DNA of 64,000 nucleotides from Actinomycetota bacterium (GTDB lineage Bacteria; Actinomycetota; UBA4738; HRBIN12): contig JBGGNG010000152.1 of the NCBI GenBank assembly GCA_041287635.1, forward strand, positions 11 through 64,010. The letters are read 5' to 3'. The notes beneath the pieces were generated by a model that worked only from the letters and a program-made list of their open reading frames with translations, did no database searches and was not told where the DNA came from. Below are positions 43,699 through 51,919 of this stretch, one piece after another. The position numbers and the translations under genes are program-made. The number at the start of each line of letters is the position of its first letter. Within the stretch, counting starts at the first letter, position 1.

Positions 43699-44364
43699 AT
43701 GGAGGTGCATGACACGGTGACGGCGTTCACGGGATGGCCGGTGGAGGCACTCGAGTTCTACGAGGGGCTCGAGGCCGATAACTCGAAGACGTACTGGCAA
43801 GCGAACCGGTCCGTCTACGACGGATACGTGCGCGCCCCGATGGAGGCGCTGCTCGCTGATCTCGAAGCCGAGTTCGGCCCCGGGAAGGTCTTCCGTCCGT
43901 ACCGAGACGTGCGCTTCAGCCGGGACAAATCGCCGTACAAGACCCATATCGGGGCGACGATCGGCGACGGGTACGTGCAGCTCGACGCCGGCGGGCTTGC
44001 TACGGGCGCGGGGATGTGGGAGATGGCGCCGGACCAGCTCGAGCGATACCGGGCCGGCGTCGACGACGCGAGGGCCGGGGCCAAGCTCGTCGCCCTCGTC
44101 GAGGAGGCTCGCGCCGACGGGATCTCCGTGATGGGACACGGTGAGCTGAAGACAGCGCCGCGCGGCTTCCCTAAGGATCACCCGCGCATCGAGCTCATGC
44201 GTTACAAGGGCCTCGTGACCTGGCGCGAGTGGCCGGCGGGGCCGTGGCTGGGCACGAGACGCGCGGGGCAACGTGTAGTCGAGTTCCTCCGGGCTTCGCA
44301 GCCGATCGTCACCTGGCTCTCGGCCACCGTGGGACCGTCGACGCTGCCGCCTCGCCGCGCCTGA
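43699..44364 (+). CDS. DUF2461 (TIGR02453) family protein
   Basis: 221 aa with ALEFYEGLEADNSKTYWQANRSVYD...FRPYRDVRFSRDKSPYKTH. Confidence 0.65.
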   Translation: MEVHDTVTAFTGWPVEALEFYEGLEADNSKTYWQANRSVYDGYVRAPMEALLADLEAEFGPGKVFRPYRDVRFSRDKSPYKTHIGATIGDGYVQLDAGGLATGAGMWEMAPDQLERYRAGVDDARAGAKLVALVEEARADGISVMGHGELKTAPRGFPKDHPRIELMRYKGLVTWREWPAGPWLGTRRAGQRVVEFLRASQPIVTWLSATVGPSTLPPRRA

Positions 44365-44377
44365 CCCGCCTCTTCGG

Positions 44378-46411
44378 TCACGCTCCGGATTCGACCGCCG
44401 AGAGCGGGAACACCCCAAGACACCGCTCCGCGCCTTCCCCGTAGGTCACGACCTCGGCGTGCAGGGCCACGCACGACGTGGCGACGATCGGCCCGATCTC
44501 GCGCATCCAGCCCTCGAGCTCGTGCCACCGGGCCGTCCCGCGGCCGACGGGGTATGCGAGCGAGAGATGCGGGATCCAACCATCGAGCGCGACCCGGTCG
44601 CTCTCCGCGATCGGCAGCCCCGCCTCGGCGGATGCGGAGCGCAGGTCCGACATCGCTGAGAGGATCGCCGGCCCATCGAGTCGGACGATCGGGATGCCGT
44701 CTTCGCGAAGGATCTCGAGCGCGGTCGCGTGGAGCTCGAGCCCGCCGTGCGACGCCGCCCACGCCTGCACGACCTCGACGATCCGCCGCTCGTCCTCGCC
44801 GGTGAGGGGCGAGCCCTGCGCTCCGAACGCCTTCAGGGTGGCGTGCCCGGACGGGGCTGCGCATCGCACCCCTATGCGATCGAGCGTCTCACCCTGCCAA
44901 CCGGTGAACGCCTGCGCCAGGGCACCGACCGGTCGCACGATCACGCAGGCGGTGCCCACGGCCTCGCGCACCTTCCACTCGTCGACGATGACCGGGGACT
45001 CGGACGGAGCAAGCCGATCCTCGATCTCGAGCCACTGCACGAGGCCTTCGTGGTTCAGTCCGATCTCGACACGCGCATCGCCGCCGGCGGTGGTGAAGGT
45101 CCCACGCACCGGCGTCTCGGCCTCAACCGACTCCACCGCCAGGTCCCCCGAGCGCGCCACCAGGCGACCCGCCTGAGCGGCGCGCCGTTCGTAGGATTCG
45201 TCGGACCCCACGTTGTCGGCGAACAGCGCGCGGGCCTCGGAGTCGCTCCACGACGACAAGAGGGCCGCGGCTCTCGTCGCACCCTCTGCGAGCGACGCGG
45301 CTTCCACCTCGCGTCGAGGTCCCAGCTCGTTGCGATCCGCGAGCACCTCGAGCGCCTCGATGCAGGCGCCGTGCATGTTCCCGTACGTGACGTTCGAGAG
45401 ACCGATCACGCCGACGTCGTGTTGGGGCAGCCAACGCATGTGCGAGCCGTACCCCGGCAGCCCCCCGCTGTGGCCGACGGATGTGCCGAGCCGTTCGTCG
45501 ATCCGCACGCCCAGGCCGATGCCGTAGCCGGTCGCGCTCACTCGCGACGATCCGCTCGGCGACGGGCGGTACCGGGTCACCTCGTCCACCCGGCGGAGCT
45601 GCTGCATCTCTCGGCGCGCCCATCGGGGCAGCGGGCCGTCATCGGCCTCGTCGCGCGGAGGCCACGCGTCGAGGAAGAACCCGACCCAGCGCGCGAGATC
45701 TCGTACGGTCGTCCACAGGCCGCCCATGGGGGCGATGGTGCCGTCGCCGAGGGGTTCCCCCTCGTGCGTCCACACACCGTCCTGCAGACGGTAGGGCTCC
45801 GCCACGACGGCGGAGCCGGGCCGCTCCCACGTCGTCGACGTCATGCCGAGCGGTTCGAGCAGTGATCGGACGACGAGGTTTTGCACGCGCTCACCGGCCA
45901 CGCGCTCGATCACCCGACCGACCAGGCCCCAACCGAGGTTCGAGTACTCGAACCTCGTACCCGGGGTCCATGCGAAGACCGCCCCCGCGTCGATCAGCGC
46001 GTCCATCGCCCCCGGCGAGAGATCCAGGTGCCGATCCGCCCACTCGTCGTCGGTCGGGAGTCCCGCTTCCATCGAGACGAGGTGCCGCACGGTGATCGGC
46101 GGACCGTCCGACGTCGGCCCCCGCCAGGTCGAGAGCTCGGGGACGTGCACGGACACCGGGTCGTCCAGCCGCAGCCGGCCGTCGACCACGAGCATCATCA
46201 GCGCGGCCCCTGTGAAGCTCTTGGTCATCGACGCGATGCGGAACACGCTGTCGGCGTCGGGCGTTGCCGGCTCGTCGAGGCTCAGCGTGCCGTCGCCGCC
46301 CGAGCCCACGAGCTCCCCGCCTCGCACGAGGCCCCACGCGACACCGGGGATGCGATCGCGTCGCATCCTTCGCGCGAACACCTCTGCGAGCGCTCGATCA
46401 CCCGTCGCCAT
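44378..46411 (-). CDS. Beta-lactamase-family serine hydrolase fused to a C-terminal 2H-phosphoesterase-like domain
   Basis: 677 aa. SxxK motif (ASMTKSF) in the N-terminal half. The C-terminal region has two Hx(T/S)x motifs (GHATLKAF, PHLSLAYP). Confidence 0.8.
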   Translation of the reverse strand: MATGDRALAEVFARRMRRDRIPGVAWGLVRGGELVGSGGDGTLSLDEPATPDADSVFRIASMTKSFTGAALMMLVVDGRLRLDDPVSVHVPELSTWRGPTSDGPPITVRHLVSMEAGLPTDDEWADRHLDLSPGAMDALIDAGAVFAWTPGTRFEYSNLGWGLVGRVIERVAGERVQNLVVRSLLEPLGMTSTTWERPGSAVVAEPYRLQDGVWTHEGEPLGDGTIAPMGGLWTTVRDLARWVGFFLDAWPPRDEADDGPLPRWARREMQQLRRVDEVTRYRPSPSGSSRVSATGYGIGLGVRIDERLGTSVGHSGGLPGYGSHMRWLPQHDVGVIGLSNVTYGNMHGACIEALEVLADRNELGPRREVEAASLAEGATRAAALLSSWSDSEARALFADNVGSDESYERRAAQAGRLVARSGDLAVESVEAETPVRGTFTTAGGDARVEIGLNHEGLVQWLEIEDRLAPSESPVIVDEWKVREAVGTACVIVRPVGALAQAFTGWQGETLDRIGVRCAAPSGHATLKAFGAQGSPLTGEDERRIVEVVQAWAASHGGLELHATALEILREDGIPIVRLDGPAILSAMSDLRSASAEAGLPIAESDRVALDGWIPHLSLAYPVGRGTARWHELEGWMREIGPIVATSCVALHAEVVTYGEGAERCLGVFPLSAVESGA

Positions 46412-46465
46412 CGGATGCGTAGCCTACGAGGCCCCGAGGTGGGCGGTCGCTGCCACGATGGCGCC

Positions 46466-47113
46466 ATGGAGTTCGACGGGCACATCCTCGGCGCGTCGTT
46501 CGCCTCGGGCGATCGGATCGTGGTGGGTCGGTGGCTCCGCTCCCCGTTCGGCCCCTTCGCCGACGTGATGTGGTGCGGGCCCGACGGTCGACGCGTGCTG
46601 CTCGCCCCCGACGGGCGAGTGCGGGACTTCCTCGCCGGTCACTACGCGTTCGACGAGCTCCACGTCGATCGCGTCACGGCCGAACGAACGGGAACCGGCG
46701 CGATCGGGGTCTCGGCCGGGCCGGTGCGGCTGACCGTGCGCCCGAGCGGGCCCGGGTGGGCGTCACGCCTGCTCGCCCTGCGGCCGCAGGGACTCCGCAC
46801 TGCGAGGGCCTGGATCGACCTCGAGGACCGAGTGCTCCGGCCGCTCGTGCGACCGCTGTTCGCGGCCGCCAACGTGTGGACCTCCGGCGTGACCCTCGCA
46901 GGCGCTCGAGAGCGGTACGCGATCCACGACTTCCGACACGCGGAGGCGAACGCCTCGGTCGACGGCGTCGATCTCGGACCCACGGCTCCCTGTGCGGCGG
47001 CGGGATTCGGGTTCAGCGAGTTCCCGACGACCCCCGCGGTCGTGCGCGTGACGTCGATGTTCGAGAGAGTCGCGAAGACGGAGGCCGTCTCAGGCGGACC
47101 CCGCGGTCGCTGA
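46466..47113 (+). CDS. Hypothetical protein
   Basis: 215 aa from MEFDGHILG. No recognisable motif. Confidence 0.45.
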   Translation: MEFDGHILGASFASGDRIVVGRWLRSPFGPFADVMWCGPDGRRVLLAPDGRVRDFLAGHYAFDELHVDRVTAERTGTGAIGVSAGPVRLTVRPSGPGWASRLLALRPQGLRTARAWIDLEDRVLRPLVRPLFAAANVWTSGVTLAGARERYAIHDFRHAEANASVDGVDLGPTAPCAAAGFGFSEFPTTPAVVRVTSMFERVAKTEAVSGGPRGR

Positions 47114-47713
47114 CGGACTGTTCGTCGGGGTCGGCGACATGCCGGGGCGCCACTGTTCGACGGCGCCGTCGTCGGGAGCACGGTCGAGGCAGGTCCGCCG
47201 GCAGACCTCGCCGGTGAAGCTCGTCATCGCCCACCAGAAGTACGAGGTGCGGAAGCGTCCGAACTCGAGGGTCTTGATAGGCACCGCGACCGACACGCCG
47301 TCGGACGACTTGCGCCGGACCTTCACGTTGCGCAGGAACAGGTCGCGGCGGTCGCGGCGGTCGCGCCAGAGGGAGGCATGCAGGTCGGAGCCCGTGCTGC
47401 GGACGACCACGAAGTACTCGGCGTCCTCGCCCCCTGCAGTGTCGAGGAAGACGTAGCCGTTGCCCCGGTCCCAGATCGACGCGGCCGTCCAATCAGCGAA
47501 CGCGATCACCGTGACCTCGGTGCCGCCCTCGTGCTCAAGGCGGACCCTGCGCACGTCGAGCAGCCCCCGGGTGTCGTTGGGGTCGTTGACGTCGCTGTGG
47601 AACGACGGCGCGGCCAGCGCGACCAGGGCCATCGCCACGATCAGGGCCGCGACGAGGAACGGCACGACCGAGCGCAACGGGGTGGCGGCCCACCGGCCGC
47701 GAGTCGGGGTCAC
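47090..47713 (-). CDS. Secreted or membrane-anchored hypothetical protein (last gene of the Mau-like cluster)
   Basis: 207 aa. The GTG start overlaps the MauE-like stop (GTGA). N-terminal anchor (VVPFLVAALIVAMALVALAAP), then a beta-rich domain. Confidence 0.5.
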   Translation of the reverse strand: MTPTRGRWAATPLRSVVPFLVAALIVAMALVALAAPSFHSDVNDPNDTRGLLDVRRVRLEHEGGTEVTVIAFADWTAASIWDRGNGYVFLDTAGGEDAEYFVVVRSTGSDLHASLWRDRRDRRDLFLRNVKVRRKSSDGVSVAVPIKTLEFGRFRTSYFWWAMTSFTGEVCRRTCLDRAPDDGAVEQWRPGMSPTPTNSPSATAGSA

Positions 47714-48834
47714 GCGGGCCTCCCCCGGCCCAGCCACCTGATCGCCGTCCACGCGGTGAAGCCTGCCACGCCGAGCCCCGCGAAGACCAACACCATCGGC
47801 AAGAACTCCCCGGAGGTGGGCCATCCCGGCCACGAGACAACCGGCTCCGGGGCGGGACGAAGCGCGACGACGATCGCGAGCGCCGCGAGCGCCGCGTTGC
47901 GTACCAGCAGGGCCCCCGGCTTCACCGCCTCGCGACCGCCGAAGCACCCGCACGGCACCTGCGGACCGAAGCGACGCCACGCGCGCACCGCTTCCGCGGT
48001 GAATACGACCAACAGCACGAGTGCCCAGACGCCCGCCGCCCGTGTCCACCCCGACGCGACCAGGATCGGCACGAGGGCCTCCGCGGTCGGCACGGCGAAC
48101 GTGGCGACGCTCTCGACACCGTGCGGGAGCCCGTGCTCATCGAGCGTGCCCCGCCACTCTCGGAGATCGACCACCTTCGACGTCGCCGCCCATCCGAACG
48201 CGATGGCGAGGACCGCGGTCGCGAGCGAGGCCCACCCGTCGTCGGCTCCGATCGCGAGCGCGACCGACACCATGGCGACGATGACGAGCACGCCGCCGTT
48301 CGCGAGGTTCCGTCGGCCCTCCGGCGATCCGGCCAGGCGGTCGACCAGCCGTTGGGACTCCTGCTGGGTGGAGACGCCGGCGGACCTGGCCGCCGAGAGA
48401 CCCCGCACGAGCCCGAAGGGCGCGACGATGAGCGCCCCCACCGCGGGATCACCCGAGGCGAGCGCGGCGAGCGTCACGACGACGAGGGTGCCGTGGGAGA
48501 CGTAGGTGAAGAACCCGATGCCGAGACCGGCGCCGTACAGGGTCGCAGCGATCGGCCAGGAGAAGAACTCACGCCACCAATCAGGGACCTGCCGTCGGAG
48601 CTGCGGCACCGATGCCGTCACGCGCGGAAGCTCTCCCACCGCGTAGACGATCGCCGTGATCGCGATCACCAGCGCGCCGGCGCGGCCCCAGGGCGCCTCG
48701 AGCAGCGCCCCGGCGACGCCCAGCGCGGCGCCGAAGAGCGCGGCGGTGACCGTCGCGCCGGCGGCGTGCAGGGCCAGGGCGACGGCCCACCGCGTGCGCC
48801 CCCCGTACACGACGGGGGTGATGGTCTCCACCAT
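47710..48834 (-). CDS. Double-length membrane protein with a C-terminal MauE/DoxX-type domain
   Basis: 374 aa, polytopic. The C-terminal half carries the PCGCFGG motif I associate with MauE-family proteins. The N-terminal half is an extra, unassigned TM domain. Confidence 0.7.
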   Translation of the reverse strand: MVETITPVVYGGRTRWAVALALHAAGATVTAALFGAALGVAGALLEAPWGRAGALVIAITAIVYAVGELPRVTASVPQLRRQVPDWWREFFSWPIAATLYGAGLGIGFFTYVSHGTLVVVTLAALASGDPAVGALIVAPFGLVRGLSAARSAGVSTQQESQRLVDRLAGSPEGRRNLANGGVLVIVAMVSVALAIGADDGWASLATAVLAIAFGWAATSKVVDLREWRGTLDEHGLPHGVESVATFAVPTAEALVPILVASGWTRAAGVWALVLLVVFTAEAVRAWRRFGPQVPCGCFGGREAVKPGALLVRNAALAALAIVVALRPAPEPVVSWPGWPTSGEFLPMVLVFAGLGVAGFTAWTAIRWLGRGRPA

Positions 48835-48843
48835 CGACAGCCC

Positions 48844-48948
48844 TCAGGGGCCGTAGAGCGCCGACCACCCGGCGATCGCCGACGCGGCGGCGAGCACGAG
48901 GAGCAGCGACGTCGCGAGCGCGTCGCCGCCGAACGGATCGGTCAACAC
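48844..48948 (-). CDS. Micro-ORF encoding a 34-aa single-TM peptide
   Basis: VLTDPFGGDALATSLLLVLAAASAIAGWSALYGP. The GTG overlaps the MauA-like stop and the stop lies 9 nt before the MauE-like ATG. 33 of 34 codons end in G/C. Confidence 0.4.
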   Translation of the reverse strand: MLTDPFGGDALATSLLLVLAAASAIAGWSALYGP

Positions 48949-49478
48949 CTCTTGTTGAGCTCCCGGTAGGTGATACAGAAGACCTTCAACGGCCGCGGGC
49001 AGTATCCCCGCACCGCATAGTCCCCGTTGATGCGGATGTCCGAACGGGAGCAGCAGTCCTGGATGTGTCGGAGCCGCCCCGAGCAGCACCGTGTCCAACC
49101 GCCCCCGTACCGCGGTGACCCGGTGAACGGGTACGCCTCTGGCACGACCTCCTCGCACGTCTTCCGCCGGGACTGGTTGCGAGGATCGACGAACTTGTCC
49201 CCGGCGTCGTCGACCGGGTACCCGTATTGGGGATGCATCGGGTAGCCGTAGCGGTCCGTGCGGGACAGCGGCGAGTACGGGTGGGGGCAGGATCCCGTCG
49301 TGTAGGTGTGCCCGCAGATGTGATACGCCTGCGCACGATCGGGCGCGATCGCGGTGGCCACCAGGCCCCCGCCGGCGAGCGCCACCACCCCCCGGCCGAC
49401 GCGGCCGAGGAAGCTGCGGCGGCTGGTGCGCGTGGCGAGCGATCGCTCCGCCCGTTCGATCGAGGTCAGCTTGCCCAC
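48942..49478 (-). CDS. Tat-exported Cys-rich protein resembling the methylamine/aralkylamine dehydrogenase light chain (MauA-like)
   Basis: 178 aa. Twin-arginine signal (TSRRSFLGRVG...AQA). The mature part has 10 Cys and a single Trp (GGGWTRCCSG...DCCSRSD), resembling the W-x2-C...DCC core of MADH light chains. Confidence 0.65.
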   Translation of the reverse strand: MGKLTSIERAERSLATRTSRRSFLGRVGRGVVALAGGGLVATAIAPDRAQAYHICGHTYTTGSCPHPYSPLSRTDRYGYPMHPQYGYPVDDAGDKFVDPRNQSRRKTCEEVVPEAYPFTGSPRYGGGWTRCCSGRLRHIQDCCSRSDIRINGDYAVRGYCPRPLKVFCITYRELNKRC

Positions 49479-49975
49479 TGCTCGCCATCCTCCGTGATCC
49501 GTCGGTTGGCGGTGTCCACGAGACCCTCGACCTGTTCGAGATTGTTCACGGTTCCCTTCGCGCGCACGACCCCATGCTCATCGAGCACGACGACGAACGG
49601 GGTGCCGGGGACCGCGAGCGCTCGCTCGGCTTCGGTGTCGTGCACGACGATCGGCTCCAGCCGTCCGGCAGCGGCGGCGGCCGGCACCCCCGGCGTGACC
49701 TCGAGGCAGACGACGCACGTCTCCGAGGCGAACAGCACGAGGCGTGGCCGACCCGCACCGCCGAGCACCACCGCCCCTCCGTCGGCGTCGTGCGCCGAGA
49801 GCGCGGGCAGCGGCTCGCCGAGCGGGGGCCCCTCGTCGTCGATCTCGAGGGCGCCTCGCGGACCGAGCCGCAGATGCAAGGTGCCGACCTGCCGGGCGAG
49901 GGCGATCACCACGATGCAGAGCACGACCACGAGCAGCCACAGCACGACGAACGCCAGCGCCCACCACCCGGTCAT
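49466..49975 (-). CDS. MauD-like membrane-anchored thiol:disulfide oxidoreductase (TlpA/thioredoxin fold)
   Basis: 169 aa. N-terminal TM helix, ALARQVGTLHLRLGPRGAL, a CVVC active site and GVVRAKGTVNNLEQVEGL, which match my recollection of MauD. Confidence 0.75.
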   Translation of the reverse strand: MTGWWALAFVVLWLLVVVLCIVVIALARQVGTLHLRLGPRGALEIDDEGPPLGEPLPALSAHDADGGAVVLGGAGRPRLVLFASETCVVCLEVTPGVPAAAAAGRLEPIVVHDTEAERALAVPGTPFVVVLDEHGVVRAKGTVNNLEQVEGLVDTANRRITEDGEQWAS

Positions 49976-50011
49976 CCGGCCATCACCGTTCGACCTGCGC
50001 TTCCCACGGCC

Positions 50012-50572
50012 TCAGCGCATCGTCCAGGTCGGCTGCTTCGTCTCATCGAGGAACTGTACGAACGGCGAACCGTCGCCGGCCAGTCCGACGATCGCCCGGA
50101 GCTCGCCCGCCCGATCGAGCAGGCGGAGCACCGGCGAGCCCTCGGCGGCCAGGCCGAGGCGGACCCGTACCTTGCCCGCGTGGTCGTAGAGACCGAGCGT
50201 CGGGGACCCTTGCTCCGCGAGGGCGTAGACCTGGGAGAGCTCGCCGTCGGCCACCTGCATCCCCATCGTGGGTGACGCCTCGGGTGCGAGACCGAACTTG
50301 GCCCGGATGCGCCCGTTCTTGTCGCCGAACGCAAGGCTCGCACTGCCGTCGCTCGACAGTCCCACCGTCGCCCGCACCTTGCCGTTCTCGTCACCCACCG
50401 CGAGCCCGGCGGCGCCGTCGGCGGACAGGCCGAACCGCATGCGCACCTGCCCGTCCGGCGACAGCAGCGAGAAGAACGGGTCCTCGTCGTTCGAGAGTCC
50501 GATGCGCACCCTGACCCGGCCGTCATCATCGACGACCTCGAACTCACCCGCTTGCACGACCCGCTTCTTCAT
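50012..50572 (-). CDS. Repeat protein with 7-8 tandem units of about 22 aa (predicted beta-hairpin repeats), no signal peptide
   Basis: 186 aa from MKKRVVQ (GGAG RBS). The recurring unit is [DN]G-x-[VIL]R-x-x-[VIFL]GL-x-x-[DE]G. First gene of the Mau-like cluster. Confidence 0.6.
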   Translation of the reverse strand: MKKRVVQAGEFEVVDDDGRVRVRIGLSNDEDPFFSLLSPDGQVRMRFGLSADGAAGLAVGDENGKVRATVGLSSDGSASLAFGDKNGRIRAKFGLAPEASPTMGMQVADGELSQVYALAEQGSPTLGLYDHAGKVRVRLGLAAEGSPVLRLLDRAGELRAIVGLAGDGSPFVQFLDETKQPTWTMR

Positions 50573-50806
50573 GTCACTCCAGGCCCGCTCGGTGGGGAGG
50601 CGACGATCCGGCGGATGCCGGGTTCGCGGTGCGCGGCGGACGCGTCTGCGTATGGTCGCCCGTGCGAGCCCTCGGCTCAAGCACATGGGAAGACGCGGAC
50701 GGACCCAGGAAGTGAGAAACCGCCGGAACCCGGGGGCCCCAGCGGTCTCTCATGGCGGACGATACGGCCGGTGAGCCCGGGGCGTCAAACCCGAGCGGGG
50801 TTCTTG

Positions 50807-51919
50807 TCACACTTTCCCGACCGACTCTCGGCGCAGCGTCGTCTCGGCGAGGCGATCGGCGCGAGGAGCCACCCCGATGCCCGGTCCCACGGGCACCGCC
50901 ATCGTGCCGTCGAGGGCCATCACGAACGGCTCGGTGAGGTCGTCGACGAAGTACCGAGCGCTCGCGCTGGTGTCGCCGGGCAGCGTGAACCCCGGCATCG
51001 CCGCGAGGGCGAGGTTCTGCGCCCGTCCGACCCCGGTCTCGAGCATGCCTCCGCACCAGACCGGCACCCCGGCCGCCCGACACACGTCGTGCACCCGCCG
51101 CGCCTCGACGATGCCCCCCACCCGCCCCTGCTTGATGTTCACGATGCGACAGCTGCCCAGCTCGAGCGCCGCGACGGCGTCGGAGGCCGACCTGATCGAC
51201 TCGTCGAGACACAGGTCCGTGCGGACCGCGCGCTGTAGCTCGGCGTGGCGCACGAGGTCGGTGTGATGCAGGGGCTGCTCGATCATCAGCAGGTCGTAGG
51301 CGTCCAGCGCCCGGAACACGTCCTGGTCCTCGATCGTGTACGCCGCATTGGCGTCCACGCTGAGAGCGATGTCGGGATGCGCGGCTCGCACCGCGCCCAC
51401 ACGCTCGACGTCGATGCCGGGCTCGATCTTGAGCTTGATCCGGCGGTACCCCTCGGCGAGGTAGCCATCGACCTGATCGAGCAGCGCCCCGGTGGTGTCG
51501 GTGATGCCGATCGACACCCCGCAGGCCACCCGGTCGCGATCGGCACCCAGCCACTGCGCCAGCGAGACACCGTCCGCGCGGAGCCGAGCGTCGACCACGG
51601 CGTCGATCAACGCGGCCTTGGCCATCGGGTTCCCACGGACGTGCCCGAGGAGGCGGTCGAGATCGTCGATCGCGACCTTATCGGCTCGCAGGAGCGCAGG
51701 GGCCAGATGGTCGCGGATCACGAGCCAAGCGCCTTCGTTGAACTCCTCGCTGTAGCCGGGCTCGACGTCGGCGACGCACTCCCCCCACCCTTCCCCCTCG
51801 TCGGTCTCGACCCGGACGAGGATGCACTCCTTCGCGGTCGACGTCCCGAAGCTCGTGCGGAACGGTCGCACCAACGGCAACCCGATCAGGCGCAGCTCGA
51901 CGTTGCGCACGATGCTCAT
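50807..51919 (-). CDS. Enolase-superfamily o-succinylbenzoate synthase / N-succinylamino-acid racemase
   Basis: 370 aa with LIGLPLVRPFRTSFGT...GWGEC and metal-ligand and KxK-type regions typical of the OSBS/NSAR family. Confidence 0.85.
   Translation of the reverse strand: MSIVRNVELRLIGLPLVRPFRTSFGTSTAKECILVRVETDEGEGWGECVADVEPGYSEEFNEGAWLVIRDHLAPALLRADKVAIDDLDRLLGHVRGNPMAKAALIDAVVDARLRADGVSLAQWLGADRDRVACGVSIGITDTTGALLDQVDGYLAEGYRRIKLKIEPGIDVERVGAVRAAHPDIALSVDANAAYTIEDQDVFRALDAYDLLMIEQPLHHTDLVRHAELQRAVRTDLCLDESIRSASDAVAALELGSCRIVNIKQGRVGGIVEARRVHDVCRAAGVPVWCGGMLETGVGRAQNLALAAMPGFTLPGDTSASARYFVDDLTEPFVMALDGTMAVPVGPGIGVAPRADRLAETTLRRESVGKV

Noticed and set aside
47341-47367. Short tandem DNA repeats: GGTCGCGGC about three times at 47341-47367, and GGCTCGACGGAC twice near 40995-41020.
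   Set aside because: Both lie inside coding regions and simply encode low-complexity peptide repeats (RDRRDRRD and EPSVEPSV). They are not CRISPR, VNTR-type or regulatory arrays.
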